Of a stretch of DNA of 64,000 nucleotides, positions 31,656 through 42,283 are shown piece after piece. Numbering within the stretch: position 1 is the stretch's first letter; the number at the start of each line of letters is the position of its first letter. A program made the translations under genes and the position numbers. Below the pieces are notes generated by a model. It was not told the origin of the DNA. It did no database searches and saw only the letters and a list, made by a program, of their open reading frames with translations. Source of the stretch: Nitrospirota bacterium (GTDB lineage Bacteria > Nitrospirota > Nitrospiria > Nitrospirales > Nitrospiraceae). The stretch is taken from assembly GCA_963701855.1 (NCBI GenBank), contig CAVPBK010000006.1, positions 1,184,001 through 1,248,000 of the forward strand, in the 5' to 3' direction.

Positions 31656-32465
31656 TCTCCCGCCTGTCCCTGGCCTGTGGGCTCTGCCGAATGTTGGTCT
31701 GGTTCTGAGTGCTGGCTCTGACTTTGGCTCTGGTTCTAGCTGGGGAGATTGAGAAGATCCCCGAGTAATCCGTTTGAAGATACCATTGTGGCGTCGAGCC
31801 AAAAAGGTTGTTTTTCGAATCGGGTCGTATCGACGCGGCGACGGCAAAATGGCCGCCAGCCAGGCTGCCTCGTCGGCCGTCAGGTCGTGCGAGGATTTTT
31901 TGAAGTGGTGACGGGCCGCTGCCTCAGCGCCATAGACGCCCTGCCCCCATTCAGCGACATTGAGATACAGCTCGAGAATACGCTCCTTCGTGAGATGCTG
32001 TTCGAGAGAGCGTGTAATCAGCGCTTCCCGCGCCTTTCTGAGTAAAGACCGTTCGGATGATAGGTAGAGGTTTTTGGCCAGCTGCTGAGTAATGGTGCTC
32101 CCCCCACGCTTGAGTTCGCCCGCTTCGAGGTTATACAGAGCCGCGTCCTTGATCCCTTCCCAGTCGAATCCTTCGTGGGTGAAGAACGACGCATCTTCCG
32201 CTGCCACGACCGCCTGGCGGAGGTGGGGGGAGATGCGTGAGAGCGGCACCCACGTCCAATGGCGTTCGATGGTGTGGCCCTTGGCCTTGGCCTGAGTCCG
32301 TCGCGCTTCCATCAGGGCCGTCACCGTTGGATTGGTGGCGCGTAACGCCGAGACGTCGGGCATCTCGAGTAACCAGAAGAAGAGGACCGCTCCGACCGGG
32401 AGGCAGAGGAGGATGATCAGGAAGGCTTTCACGCGGGATCTGGATCGTGCGGTTGACTTCCGCAT
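31628..32465 (-). CDS. mtgA: Monofunctional peptidoglycan transglycosylase (3' end uncertain)
   Basis: AEDASFF.HEGFD; RGGSTITQQLAKNL; RILELYLNVAEWG. As written the ORF runs to 31107 through the VOC gene; a probable natural stop lies at 31628 in a shifted frame. Confidence 0.88.
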
Positions 32466-32546
32466 TAGAGGCCGCGTATCACAGAGACGATGCGTGCCTG
32501 TGTCAATAACTTGATGTTTGCTGGGTGAGTGGCTGGGTGGTGTAGC

Positions 32547-33149
32547 ATGAGAATCCTTACGGCAGAGTTTATCAGAAGTTGTGCGGGGCCAGAGCAGTTT
32601 CTGAAAAGCGACCTCCCGGAAGTCGCCTTTATCGGGAGGTCGAACGTCGGAAAATCCTCTCTCATCAACTCTCTCTTGCAGCGCAAGGGGCTGGCCAAGG
32701 TGAGCCGTACGCCGGGAAAGACCCGCTTGGTCAATCTCTTTCGGATCACCAGTGACGATCCTGGATTGGCGCGTTTCGTGGTGGTGGATCTGCCAGGATA
32801 TGGCTACGCGAAAGTATCGAAAGCGTTGCGGGCTCAGTGGGCCCCGTTGATCGAGCAGTATCTCAACGGCAGTGAACAGCTGCGCGCGGTGGTGGTGTTG
32901 GTGGAAAGCCGGGTGCTGAGCGAACAAGACAGCCAAACGATCGCATGGCTCTCGTCCGTCGGAAGGCCTCCCATCGTGGTGGCAACGAAAGTGGATAAGT
33001 TAAAAATGAGCGAGCGTGTCGGTGCGCTTCTCCGGCTGCAGGAAGGACTGGGATTGGTTGAGAGCGATAAAATTATTCCTTACTCGTCGGTGACGGGCGA
33101 GGGGCGGGAGCGATTGTGGGCGGTCCTGAAAGAGCGGATTCGAACTTGA
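32547..33149 (+). CDS. engB: Ribosome biogenesis GTPase YihA/YsxC
   Basis: GRSNVGKSS; SRTPGKT; DLPGYGYA; TKVDK. Confidence 0.95.
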   Translation: MRILTAEFIRSCAGPEQFLKSDLPEVAFIGRSNVGKSSLINSLLQRKGLAKVSRTPGKTRLVNLFRITSDDPGLARFVVVDLPGYGYAKVSKALRAQWAPLIEQYLNGSEQLRAVVVLVESRVLSEQDSQTIAWLSSVGRPPIVVATKVDKLKMSERVGALLRLQEGLGLVESDKIIPYSSVTGEGRERLWAVLKERIRT

Positions 33150-34074
33150 TCTCGATGTAGGCCTTGTTTTTGAGGTCCGCCAGCCACGAGTGGAAGTCAT
33201 CTTCGCTTTTCTGCTGAAAAACGAGACCCTGGATTTCATTGCGGACTTGCTCATACCGGCGGAACTGTTTGGGCTTCTTGTCCTCCAGGTGCACGATATG
33301 AAAACCTTCCGAGGTTTCGATCATATCTGAGATGCCGCCGGGCACCAAGGTGGCGATGGTGCGCTCGATCTCCGGCAAGAGTTCTCCCTGCCGCACTAAA
33401 CCCAGATGTCCTCCGTGCGCGGCGTTCGGGCCGTCGGAAAATCGCAGCGCCAAATCCTCGAATGACTCCCCCTGCTTGAGCCGCGCCATCACCTCACGAA
33501 CTTTCTCTCGCGCGTCGGCCGTATCGTTCTGCGAGCGTGGCTTGATGAGAATCTGACTGAGCGTGTATTCCTCCGAGAGCGCAAACCGATCGCGGTGTTC
33601 CTGGAAGTACCGTTTCATGTCGGAGTCCGCGACCGTCACCTTGCTTCGGACCTCGCGGTCGACGACCCTCAGCAGTGTCAACTGTTCTCGGACGCTTTTC
33701 ATATCTGCCGGGTTCGTCTCGTCGACCGTTCTCCCTTGTTGCTTCATCTGTCGAATTGTTTGTTGGACCTCCTGATCGGTGACCGTGACGCCTCGCGCCT
33801 TAGCTTCCTGGAGTTGCAACTTGTGTTCGATCATCGAGGTTAGTGCCATATACTCTGCCGTCTTGAGGCGACGCGCGAGGGCGTCGCCTCGATACTCTTT
33901 CTGAATCCGCTCCCGTTCAGGGGCGAGTTCTCGTTTTATCTCGGACAGCATGATGAGGTCCGAGTTCACGATTGCGACGATCCCATCTTCCACCTGCGCG
34001 GCTGAGAGAAGGGATGCCGGTGCGATCAGCCCGAGCGCGAAGAAGGCCATATGTCGGAGCCAGTCTGGTGCCAT
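33073..34074 (-). CDS. SurA-like peptidyl-prolyl isomerase
   Basis: Signal peptide; DGIVAIVN; rotamase domain FEDLALRFSDGP..GG.LG and GFHIV. Start approximate. Confidence 0.88.
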   Translation of the reverse strand: MAPDWLRHMAFFALGLIAPASLLSAAQVEDGIVAIVNSDLIMLSEIKRELAPERERIQKEYRGDALARRLKTAEYMALTSMIEHKLQLQEAKARGVTVTDQEVQQTIRQMKQQGRTVDETNPADMKSVREQLTLLRVVDREVRSKVTVADSDMKRYFQEHRDRFALSEEYTLSQILIKPRSQNDTADAREKVREVMARLKQGESFEDLALRFSDGPNAAHGGHLGLVRQGELLPEIERTIATLVPGGISDMIETSEGFHIVHLEDKKPKQFRRYEQVRNEIQGLVFQQKSEDDFHSWLADLKNKAYIEIKFESALSGPPTIAPAPRPSPTSKE

Positions 34075-34220
34075 CGTGATGAATGAACGGACCGTGAATA
34101 TGGATAGAGGTCTCGCCGTGCGTCGAGATGATTGGCTAGTCGGCGAGAGCCCGACGGATTGTACACGAATTGTCAAGGACTTGAGGAGCCTGAAAGAGGG
34201 AAACTTCGACCCGCGACGCC

Positions 34221-35129
34221 TCAGCGTGTGCCGACGTCGTCGGTGATATAGCGGGAGGCGTCGGCGAGTCGGATGATCGCCTTCGTTCGGATGTCGGCGA
34301 TCACGCCGTCAAAACGTTTTCGGCGCTTCTCATTGAGCAATTCCTGTCGGAGGCGTTCCCGAACGGCCACGTCCGCCTGAATAATTTCCTTGTCGAGAGG
34401 CGTCGTCATGACGAGGTAATAGCCGGCCTCCGTCTTGATCGGCGCACTGATGAATCCGGGCTTGAGGGTATGAATGACTTCATCGACTTCGGGGACGACC
34501 AAATCCTTGCGATAGGGGCCGAGATCGCCCCCGCTCGCTTTCGTTTTGCCATCGATGGAATAGCGCTGTGCAAACCGGGCGAAGTCCCCCCCCTGGTTGA
34601 CTTGCTTTTCGAGATCTTTCGCGGCCGAAATATTGGGCAGCAGCATCTGTGACACTCGTACCTTCAATGGCGTGAGGAGTTCGCGCGCATGCTGCTCGTA
34701 GAAGGCGTCCAATTCCTCCTTCGAGAGTTCGACCTTGGCTTTGATCCGGTCCTTGAGGAGTTCGTCGAGAATCAGTTGTTCCCGGTAGCGTTGCGCTCGA
34801 TCGCGGATCGCATCGTTCTGGTCGAGTCCTAGCTTACGCGCTTCCTGCATGAGCAGCTCTCGGGTGATGAGTTCGTCGAGGAAGAGGCGCTTCCCTCCTT
34901 CTTTCTGGTACCGCGCCTTGGTGGCTTCGGCCAGTTCTCCCCAACGTGCGTCGAATTCGGTCTGCGTGATCTGTCGGCCGTTGACGAGGGCGAGCACGCC
35001 TTCCTCTGGCGGTGGCGCGCAGCTGGTGAACAATAAGAAAGTCCCGCCGATGACGCCGGCAAGCAGGGAGACGAGGCGGCCAGCGACGGCATTCACGGCT
35101 CTGTTCGACGATCGAGTCATTAGAAGCAT
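34221..35129 (-). CDS. PpiC/PrsA-type peptidyl-prolyl isomerase lipoprotein
   Basis: Lipobox FTSC; LALVNG; FARFAQRYSID...GGDLG. Confidence 0.87.
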   Translation of the reverse strand: MLLMTRSSNRAVNAVAGRLVSLLAGVIGGTFLLFTSCAPPPEEGVLALVNGRQITQTEFDARWGELAEATKARYQKEGGKRLFLDELITRELLMQEARKLGLDQNDAIRDRAQRYREQLILDELLKDRIKAKVELSKEELDAFYEQHARELLTPLKVRVSQMLLPNISAAKDLEKQVNQGGDFARFAQRYSIDGKTKASGGDLGPYRKDLVVPEVDEVIHTLKPGFISAPIKTEAGYYLVMTTPLDKEIIQADVAVRERLRQELLNEKRRKRFDGVIADIRTKAIIRLADASRYITDDVGTR

Positions 35130-35139
35130 TTAGACCTTG

Positions 35140-38100
35140 TTACCGAGATGATTGCGGGGGCATCGTGGTGTTGGTATCACAGCCTCCCAGGCTTTGCAAG
35201 GTTGCGGTGAGTTCTCGAAAGATGGAAGGCCAGTCCTGATGCGGCATCTGGAGCTCGAATGAAAGCGGAGACAGGAAGCACACCCGCTTCTTGTACCGGT
35301 CCATCATCCCATGAATCGCCTGGCTTGACACCCGACTCTTGGCGCCGAGCGCGACGACGACGGAATGAGGCTTGAGTTCAATCGAGTCCAGACGCAAGGC
35401 CTTGGCTTGGAGCCGCACCTGCATGACTTCGAACAGTCGCTCGACGGAATCCGGGGCCAGCCCATACCGATCCTGCATTTCGCCATGAAGTAAGGCGAGG
35501 TCTCCGACTCGGGTGCAGGACGAGAGCCGTTTATAACAGGAGAGACGCTGGTGGGGGTCAGCGACGTAGTCATCCGGGATAAAGGCGGAGACGTTGAGCC
35601 GGAGGGTGGGGTCCGGTTCTTCTTCCACCACCTGACCCTTGAGTCGATAGACAGCCTGTTCCACCATTTGCATGTAGAGATCGAGCCCGATGGCAGCAAT
35701 ATGCCCCGATTGCTGTTTGCCGAGGAGGTTGCCGGCGCCACGGATTTCCATATCTGCTGCGGCGATGCGGAAGCCGGCGCCCAGTTCGGTAAACTGTTGA
35801 ATGGCGGTGAGGCGCTTTTGGGCGTCTTCGCTCAATTGCCCCTCATCGGGAACCAGGAAGTAGGCGTAGGCTTGGTCGCCGCTTCGTCCGACTCGCCCGC
35901 GCAATTGGTATAGCTGCGCGAGCCCGAACATGTCGGCGCGATTGACGAAGATCGTGTTGGCATGAGGCACATCGATTCCCGACTGGATAATCGCTGAGGC
36001 GATCAGCACGTCCGCCTCCCTGCGAAAGAATTTCAGCATCACGGCTTCGAGCGGCTTGGCGTTCATCTGCCCATGGGCCATCACGATGCGCGCATCGGGC
36101 ACCAGTTGGTGGAGCCAGGCTCCCGTCTTCTCCATCGTTTCGACCCGATTATGGACGAAATAGACCTGTCCGCCCCTCCCGAGTTCACGCAAGATCGCCT
36201 CTCGGATGAGTGTGTCATTTGATCGGACAACCTGCGTGCGAATGGACAAGCGGCCTGCCGGGGGTGTTTCGATGATTGAGAGATCGCGCACGCTCGCCAT
36301 GGCCATCTGCAAGGTTCGGGGGATGGGGGTGGCTGTGAGGGTCAAGACGTCGACCTGGGTTCGGAGTTGTTTCAATCGTTCCTTGTGTTTGACACCGAAC
36401 CACTGTTCCTCATCGATGATGACGAGGCCTAGATCGCGGAATATCACATCCTTCTGGACAAGTCGGTGCGTTCCGATCACCACGTCGACGGCGCCGGATG
36501 CCACGTCTTTGAGAATGGCTTTAGCCTCCTTCGGCGATTGGAATCGGGAGAGCAAGGCCACGCGAGCCGGGAACGGCGCGAACCGTTCCGAGAAGTTGTC
36601 GTAATGTTGGTGGGCCAACAGGGTCGTGGGGACGAGCACCGCGACCTGACGATTGGCTTCCACCGCCTTGAAGGCCGCTCGCATCGCCACTTCCGTTTTT
36701 CCGTACCCCACGTCACCGCACACCAATCGGTCCATCGGTTTGCTGGACTCCATGTCGTGGGTAATGTCTTCGACCGCTTTGAGTTGATCCGCCGTTTCTT
36801 CGTACTCAAATGCGGCCTCGAACTCGTGGTACATCGTGCTGTCGAATCCATAGGCATGGCGCGTCACGAGTTCACGGCTGGCATAGAGGTCGACCAACTC
36901 GTGGGCCATCTCCTCAATGTCTTGCTTCACCCGCGCGGTCGTTTTGGCCCAACTGGTGCCGCCCAAACGTTCCAGACGCGGCGCATGGCCATCCGCCCCG
37001 CTATATCGCTGCACATGGTTGAGCTTCTCCAGCGGGACGTAGAGCTTGTCGCCGCCGGCGAATTCAAGGATCAAATAATCGCTGTCGAAGTCTTGCACCG
37101 AGAGGCGTTTGAGGCCTTGGTATTTGGCGATGCCATGTTGGACATGGACGACATAGTCGCCCACGTTGAGATCTTCCAGCGAGGAGAGGAAGGTTGCGGC
37201 TTTACTCTTGGCCTGCGGCTTATGGCGCGCGCCTTTGGCAAACAGTTCTTCTTCCGTCAGGATGGCCAGGCGCAAGTTCGGTGCGAGGAATCCCGCGGAC
37301 AAATCGCCGTGCAAGACGTAAAACGGCGATTTGGTTTTACTGGAAGCGGTCCAGGCTCCCACGGTCCACTCTGTTGCCGGCACATCGTGTTCGCGCAAGA
37401 GTGCCAGCAAGCGATCCACTTGGCCGCGACTTCTTGCGACGAGCACCACGCGGCACTCCTCTCGCAGGCGATCCATGATGGCGAGGGTTTGGCTGAAGGG
37501 CATCCCACGAGCCCCGATGCCTGCGCTGGACGGGGTCTGAGCGGGAAAGGCCTGGACCGGGCTCCAGGACGCATTGCTTGCTGTAAGGGGCTCGAGTGCG
37601 AGCATGGGCCAGCTCTGTGTGTGATCCATGAGTTCAGACCAGGAGAGAAACAATCGTTCCGGTGAAGGGTAGGGCACGATCGTTTCTCGATCGGCATGGC
37701 GGAGATAGCCGTCGTCGATCTTGCCCCAGAGGTCCGCGCAGGCCTCTTCCAACGCAGCCGGCTGATCCAGGACGAGTACAGGCTGTTCGGCGAAATAATC
37801 AAAGAGGGTATTCATGTCGGGGTAGAGGTCCGGCGCGCGCCACTCGGCATCCACCGGAATGGGAGCGAGGGCGTCCGACGAAGTCTCCGCACGCAGATAT
37901 TCCCGCGCGGGAAGGACGACCGCTCGATCCAGCTTCGCGGTGGATTTCTGCGTGGCAGGATCGAAGAGGCGGAGCGAATCGACGGTTTCTCCAAGAAACT
38001 CGGCACGCAGCGGGTTAGCGTAGGCCGTTGAAAAAATATCTACAATGCCGCCTCGAATACTGAACTCCCCCGGGATTTCCACCACCGAAACCCGGCGGTA

Positions 38101-38613
38101 GCCGAGACGCAAGAGCCCTCCGGTGAGGGTCTCTCGCTCGATCGTGCCGTGCAGCTTGAATTGCAGGGTGGTATGGGTAAAGGTTGCAACGGGTAACAGC
38201 CGCTGCATCAGTGCCGCAATGGAGGTGACCAGGACCGTCTGTGGTGCGGTTCGGACGTGATGCAGGGCATTCATTCGGCGCGCGATCAAACCGACATGGG
38301 GCGCACTGCCCTCGTAGGGAAGGGTTTCCCATCTCGGGAAGAGAACGAGGAGATTCGTCGGAAGGCCGATGAGGTCATGGAAAAAGTGCAGGTCATCGAA
38401 GAGGCGTTCCGCCGCTTCGTCCGACCCGGCCACGATCAACCACGGTCGACTCCCCAGTGTGCCAGACTGAGGATGCAGGAGCGTAGTGAGAGCAAGCCCA
38501 GCGGTGGAACCGTACAAGCCTGTGAGACAAGGACGCCCTCCTTTGCCGACCAATGCGGCTGCGATAGGAGAGAACCACTGAGCTGTTGGTAAAACGGATG
38601 CGGTGTTCGACAC
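35140..38613 (-). CDS. mfd: Transcription-repair coupling factor
   Basis: UvrB-like region, VVHVQHGIA, GDVGYGKTE, DEEQ, QLRGRVGR and TRCF C-terminus; 1157 aa. Confidence 0.97.
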   Translation of the reverse strand: MSNTASVLPTAQWFSPIAAALVGKGGRPCLTGLYGSTAGLALTTLLHPQSGTLGSRPWLIVAGSDEAAERLFDDLHFFHDLIGLPTNLLVLFPRWETLPYEGSAPHVGLIARRMNALHHVRTAPQTVLVTSIAALMQRLLPVATFTHTTLQFKLHGTIERETLTGGLLRLGYRRVSVVEIPGEFSIRGGIVDIFSTAYANPLRAEFLGETVDSLRLFDPATQKSTAKLDRAVVLPAREYLRAETSSDALAPIPVDAEWRAPDLYPDMNTLFDYFAEQPVLVLDQPAALEEACADLWGKIDDGYLRHADRETIVPYPSPERLFLSWSELMDHTQSWPMLALEPLTASNASWSPVQAFPAQTPSSAGIGARGMPFSQTLAIMDRLREECRVVLVARSRGQVDRLLALLREHDVPATEWTVGAWTASSKTKSPFYVLHGDLSAGFLAPNLRLAILTEEELFAKGARHKPQAKSKAATFLSSLEDLNVGDYVVHVQHGIAKYQGLKRLSVQDFDSDYLILEFAGGDKLYVPLEKLNHVQRYSGADGHAPRLERLGGTSWAKTTARVKQDIEEMAHELVDLYASRELVTRHAYGFDSTMYHEFEAAFEYEETADQLKAVEDITHDMESSKPMDRLVCGDVGYGKTEVAMRAAFKAVEANRQVAVLVPTTLLAHQHYDNFSERFAPFPARVALLSRFQSPKEAKAILKDVASGAVDVVIGTHRLVQKDVIFRDLGLVIIDEEQWFGVKHKERLKQLRTQVDVLTLTATPIPRTLQMAMASVRDLSIIETPPAGRLSIRTQVVRSNDTLIREAILRELGRGGQVYFVHNRVETMEKTGAWLHQLVPDARIVMAHGQMNAKPLEAVMLKFFRREADVLIASAIIQSGIDVPHANTIFVNRADMFGLAQLYQLRGRVGRSGDQAYAYFLVPDEGQLSEDAQKRLTAIQQFTELGAGFRIAAADMEIRGAGNLLGKQQSGHIAAIGLDLYMQMVEQAVYRLKGQVVEEEPDPTLRLNVSAFIPDDYVADPHQRLSCYKRLSSCTRVGDLALLHGEMQDRYGLAPDSVERLFEVMQVRLQAKALRLDSIELKPHSVVVALGAKSRVSSQAIHGMMDRYKKRVCFLSPLSFELQMPHQDWPSIFRELTATLQSLGGCDTNTTMPPQSSR

Positions 38614-38616
38614 TGC

Positions 38617-39099
38617 TTATGTGGATTGTGAACGGATCTGTTGAATGAGAGACGTTGTTGACATGTCTGGCACCAGAGGAACTGTCCGCACTACCCCGCC
38701 TCGTTGTTCGACTACACCCCTACCGATGATGCGGTCAATGTCCCAATCTCCGCCCTTGACCAAAACGTCCGGCTGTACAGCAGTAATCAGGTTCAAAGGA
38801 TCCGGCTCGCTGAAGATCGCCACGTAGTCTACGCATCCCAGTGCCGCGAGCACTTCAGCCCGCTGTGCTTCGGTCACGACGGGACGGTCTGGCGCCTTGT
38901 TCAAACTCCTCACGGACGCGTCGCTGTTGACGCCCACGACCAGCACATCGCCGAGGGCCTTAGCTGCCTGCAGATATCGAGTGTGTCCAATGTGCATGAG
39001 ATCGAAACAGCCGTTGGTGAACACGATACGTTTCCCTTGGGTCCGCGCCGCTTGTAGAAGTGGAACAAGCTGGTCTCTGGTCACGACTTTCACGGACAT
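38617..39099 (-). CDS. rfaE2: D-glycero-beta-D-manno-heptose 1-phosphate adenylyltransferase
   Basis: FTNGCFDLMHIGH; VGVNSDASV; VKGGD; STT. Confidence 0.93.
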   Translation of the reverse strand: MSVKVVTRDQLVPLLQAARTQGKRIVFTNGCFDLMHIGHTRYLQAAKALGDVLVVGVNSDASVRSLNKAPDRPVVTEAQRAEVLAALGCVDYVAIFSEPDPLNLITAVQPDVLVKGGDWDIDRIIGRGVVEQRGGVVRTVPLVPDMSTTSLIQQIRSQST

Positions 39100-39147
39100 A
39101 TCTGCATCATACCGACTGTGCGCGTGGATGGAAAGAGAGGGAACTCA

Positions 39148-40302
39148 TTACTCGTCGTCGTGGCTCACGCCGCCTAATCCAATTACCGACGACCCGTGCT
39201 TGGCAATCAGCGCGTCCATCGTCTCGATGGCTTTCGTTCGCCGCTGGTCGAACAGCCCGGGCGGCGCAGGCGCCAAGGAGGAGAGCGCGAGTCCAGCCAA
39301 GCGGTACTCAGCGCCGGGCTGAATGAGTTCCCGTAGCGCTTGTTGGACGGTCGGCCACATGTCAGGATCGTAGCTCAGTGGGTGCGGAAAGCGATGTTGT
39401 TTGGTTGTGATAACGAAACGGGAGTTTTTCAGCTTCACCGTGCAGGATCCGGCGGCCAATCCTTCCTGTCGGAGAGCCCTCGCCAGGTCGCGGAGGAATC
39501 CGCGCAGGGTTCGCTCAAGAAATGGACGATCATGTGTATCGTGTTCGAAGGTGGTTTCGTGGCTGAGGCTTTTAGATTCTCGATCGGCCACCACCGGTTC
39601 GTGGTCGATCCCCTGCGCCAACTCACGAACCCAGTGGAGTCGTGCGCCGAAGATATGACGTAAGGGTTGATCCCAGCGTGGGTCCAACAGTTCGCCGATG
39701 ATCTTGAGTCCGAGCAGTTCCAGGCGCGCGGCGGTCTTGGGACCGATTCCCGGCAATGCACGCAGAGGCATCGGGGCTAAGAATGCTTCTTCCGTACCGG
39801 GCGGGACCATCGCCAATCCATCAGGCTTGTGACTATCCGCGGCAATTTTGGCGACGGTCTTGCCGGTTGCAATGGCGATGGTGCAGCGCAAGCCCGTGGC
39901 TTTGTACAGCGCATCCTTCGCGAGTTGTCCAAGTGAGTGAGGGTCGGGATGGCGGGTCTGGAGCTGTGTCGTGTCGGCATAAAATTCGTCGATGCTGCTC
40001 CATTCAGTGAGCGGGAATAACTGATCGGTGACGGCCTGCATCTGTTCATGCAGCCGGCGATAGAGCGGTCTGTCAGGGGGAATGAGAATGAGCTGGGGGC
40101 AGAGACGTGTGGCTTCGCCTGTCGGCATGGCGGAGCGGACGCCGAATGCTCGAGCCGCGTAACTTGCTGCCGCGATGATTCCTCGCGGGGAGGATCCACC
40201 GACGGCCACCGGTTTGCCTGACAGGCTTGGGTCAGCCAGGACGGCCGCTGAGGCGAACATCGCATCGACATCCCCGAACAGGATCTGTCGCGACCAACGC
40301 AT
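39148..40302 (-). CDS. dinB: DNA polymerase IV (Y family)
   Basis: DVDAMFAS; AASYAAR.FGV; SIDE; AKIAAD..KPDG; LPGIG. Confidence 0.92.
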   Translation of the reverse strand: MRWSRQILFGDVDAMFASAAVLADPSLSGKPVAVGGSSPRGIIAAASYAARAFGVRSAMPTGEATRLCPQLILIPPDRPLYRRLHEQMQAVTDQLFPLTEWSSIDEFYADTTQLQTRHPDPHSLGQLAKDALYKATGLRCTIAIATGKTVAKIAADSHKPDGLAMVPPGTEEAFLAPMPLRALPGIGPKTAARLELLGLKIIGELLDPRWDQPLRHIFGARLHWVRELAQGIDHEPVVADRESKSLSHETTFEHDTHDRPFLERTLRGFLRDLARALRQEGLAAGSCTVKLKNSRFVITTKQHRFPHPLSYDPDMWPTVQQALRELIQPGAEYRLAGLALSSLAPAPPGLFDQRRTKAIETMDALIAKHGSSVIGLGGVSHDDE

Positions 40303-40405
40303 CGTGCGCTCCTAACTAGGAGATTAGATGGCTACAGAAAACCCCGGTTATCCATAAAATACCTCCGGGATCTTCCAGAAAGTCGCTGACGGCACATTAG
40401 CCTGA

Positions 40406-40616
40406 GGATGCTCAAAAAGACCGCCCAGCAAGGCCGCCGGCGGAGTAAGAACCGGAGGCGTACTATTCTCACCCGCCCACCTCCGAGCTGCCGAGACAGC
40501 TCGTGACCCGAGTGTGGTACGTTGAGGATTCTTGCGAGCTGAGAACGCCGCATGGGAAAAGGCGCGACTTAGCGCGCCGGGGTTGGGCGGGTGAGACGGA
40601 GACTTTTTCAGCATCC
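40406..40616. repeat. MITE/REP-like element, family A
   Basis: Terminal inverted repeats GGATGCTCAAAAAG / CTTTTTCAGCATCC; internal inverted repeat TCTCACCCGCCCA / TGGGCGGGTGAGA. Confidence 0.75.
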
Positions 40617-40617
40617 G

Positions 40618-41280
40618 TCAGAAGGTAAAGGACAATTGAAGCGGCCGCAAGGGACATTGAGAGGAGGACCTTGTTGTGTGGGAAGAACGTTCAGAATCAG
40701 TTGGGACCCGGCTGACCGATCCCACCAATTCCTGTAACGACCCCCGGCAGACGCCGCAGTGGTGCCGCCGAGGTTGAATCGTTCTCCGCTGGCGTCGGTA
40801 CAATTGGCCGCATTGCCGGCAGCGCCAGGAAAATTGCGTGAGGGCGAGCACTTCCTTCTGTAACGAATGGTAGATGGTGATGGCCAGTGTGCCGCCCCGA
40901 TTCATCTCGGTCATCTTGCGGAGAAAATCCGCTCCATGATTCGGCCGCCGTTTCAGGATGTCGTATTGCCATTGATGAATCATTTCGTGAGCCAGTGTGT
41001 TGACGAGCTCCTGTTCGCCATACTCGCTCCGTTGGAGTGCTTGCTGGAGTAAGGGAAAGGACAGGCGAATTTCGCGCTTGGCTGGAGGGCGAAGGCCATC
41101 CTGATTGAGCCGTGGTCTCGGTCCACGCCGACTCACGAACATGCCGACCGAGGAAGTCAGCCGGCGGCTCCAGACCAGATCAATTGGCGGTAGTAGGCCT
41201 CCGAAGTAGCGGCCATTCAGTTCGCTCCACATTTTGGTCAATTGCTGCTGGGTCGCTGGAGGGGATTGCTGTAGAGACAT
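40618..41280 (-). CDS. SprT-like zinc metalloprotease
   Basis: HEMIH; NHGADF; C-terminal CRQC...CGVC. Confidence 0.88.
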   Translation of the reverse strand: MSLQQSPPATQQQLTKMWSELNGRYFGGLLPPIDLVWSRRLTSSVGMFVSRRGPRPRLNQDGLRPPAKREIRLSFPLLQQALQRSEYGEQELVNTLAHEMIHQWQYDILKRRPNHGADFLRKMTEMNRGGTLAITIYHSLQKEVLALTQFSWRCRQCGQLYRRQRRTIQPRRHHCGVCRGSLQELVGSVSRVPTDSERSSHTTRSSSQCPLRPLQLSFTF

Positions 41281-41290
41281 CCGAAGGGGG

Positions 41291-42283
41291 TCACCCCAAT
41301 TCTTCGTGCACCGCCGCGGCTAACAACGGCACCATGATTTCGTGGTGGCCAATCAGGGAGTAGCCTTTCCCGCCCTTCTGGGTCGGCCGACGCACCACAT
41401 TGGTGAGCGGGCGGTAGTGAGCCAGGAAATCCATGTCCACGGTCGTAATGTTGGTCAGATCGTGACCAAGATTGCGTCCCAGTGACACCGTTTTGAGGAA
41501 GACTTCTGGCAAAATGACGGCAGAGCCAAGATTGAGATACACGCCCCCCTCCATCCCTGCCACGACAGCCGCGAGCCGTCGAAAGTCCAGCAGCGAGGTC
41601 GCTCCAATGGCGGCTCCGTCCGCAGCGGGATGCATATGGATGATGTCGGTACCGATGGCGACATGCACGGTCACCGGAATACCGAGCTTTGCTCCGGTCG
41701 CCAGAATGCTCGTCTCGCGATGGGGGAATTGCCCCTGGCGTCGGTTGATATAGTGGCCGACGGATTCGCCGAGCCCCTCGCGATCGCGAGCCCCGCGGAC
41801 GATCGCCTCGTTCAGCATGCAGCCGGTTTCTTCCGCCATTCCGAAGCGTCCCTCGTCGATCTCTGCGTCGACTTCCTCAGACGTGTGTCCCATGAGCGCC
41901 AATTCGAAATCGTGAATGATCCCGGCGCCGTTCATGGCCACGGCCGACACGATCCCTTGTTGCATGAGGTCCACGAGAATCGGACTCAATCCGACTTTGA
42001 TGACGTGAGCGCCAAGTCCCACGATGACGGGTCGGCCTTTGCGATGAGCCTTCACGATCGCTTTGGCGACCGCGCGTAAGGTTTTCACGCCAAGGATATC
42101 CGGCAGCGAGCGATAGAATTGGCTGAAGCTGCCTCCACGCCGCCAGGGGCCGGCAAAATCGGAGACGCGGACCTTGCTGTGCCGTTTTTTGAGCGGATAG
42201 GTTGTGAGATCCGTCACATTGATCGGCGGGATCAGGCTCGGAGTTGTGACGGGAGGCCGCTGCCGGTCAGGAGGCTTTGCCAA
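41291..42283 (-). CDS. Conserved hypothetical protein, possibly deoxyhypusine-synthase-like fold
   Basis: GAHVIKVGL; MNGAGIIHDFE; GSAVILPEVFLK; GHHEIMVPL. TTG start with GAGG upstream, overlapping the gmhA end. Confidence 0.7.
   Translation of the reverse strand: MAKPPDRQRPPVTTPSLIPPINVTDLTTYPLKKRHSKVRVSDFAGPWRRGGSFSQFYRSLPDILGVKTLRAVAKAIVKAHRKGRPVIVGLGAHVIKVGLSPILVDLMQQGIVSAVAMNGAGIIHDFELALMGHTSEEVDAEIDEGRFGMAEETGCMLNEAIVRGARDREGLGESVGHYINRRQGQFPHRETSILATGAKLGIPVTVHVAIGTDIIHMHPAADGAAIGATSLLDFRRLAAVVAGMEGGVYLNLGSAVILPEVFLKTVSLGRNLGHDLTNITTVDMDFLAHYRPLTNVVRRPTQKGGKGYSLIGHHEIMVPLLAAAVHEELG

Noticed and set aside
32466..32936. N-terminal extension of mtgA to 609 aa
   Set aside because: Antisense to engB; MtgA begins at MRKSTAR (32465).
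36466..37665. 399-aa plus-strand ORF
   Set aside because: Antisense shadow of mfd.
40332..40657. Short ORFs between dinB and sprT
   Set aside because: They lie within the family-A repeat element.
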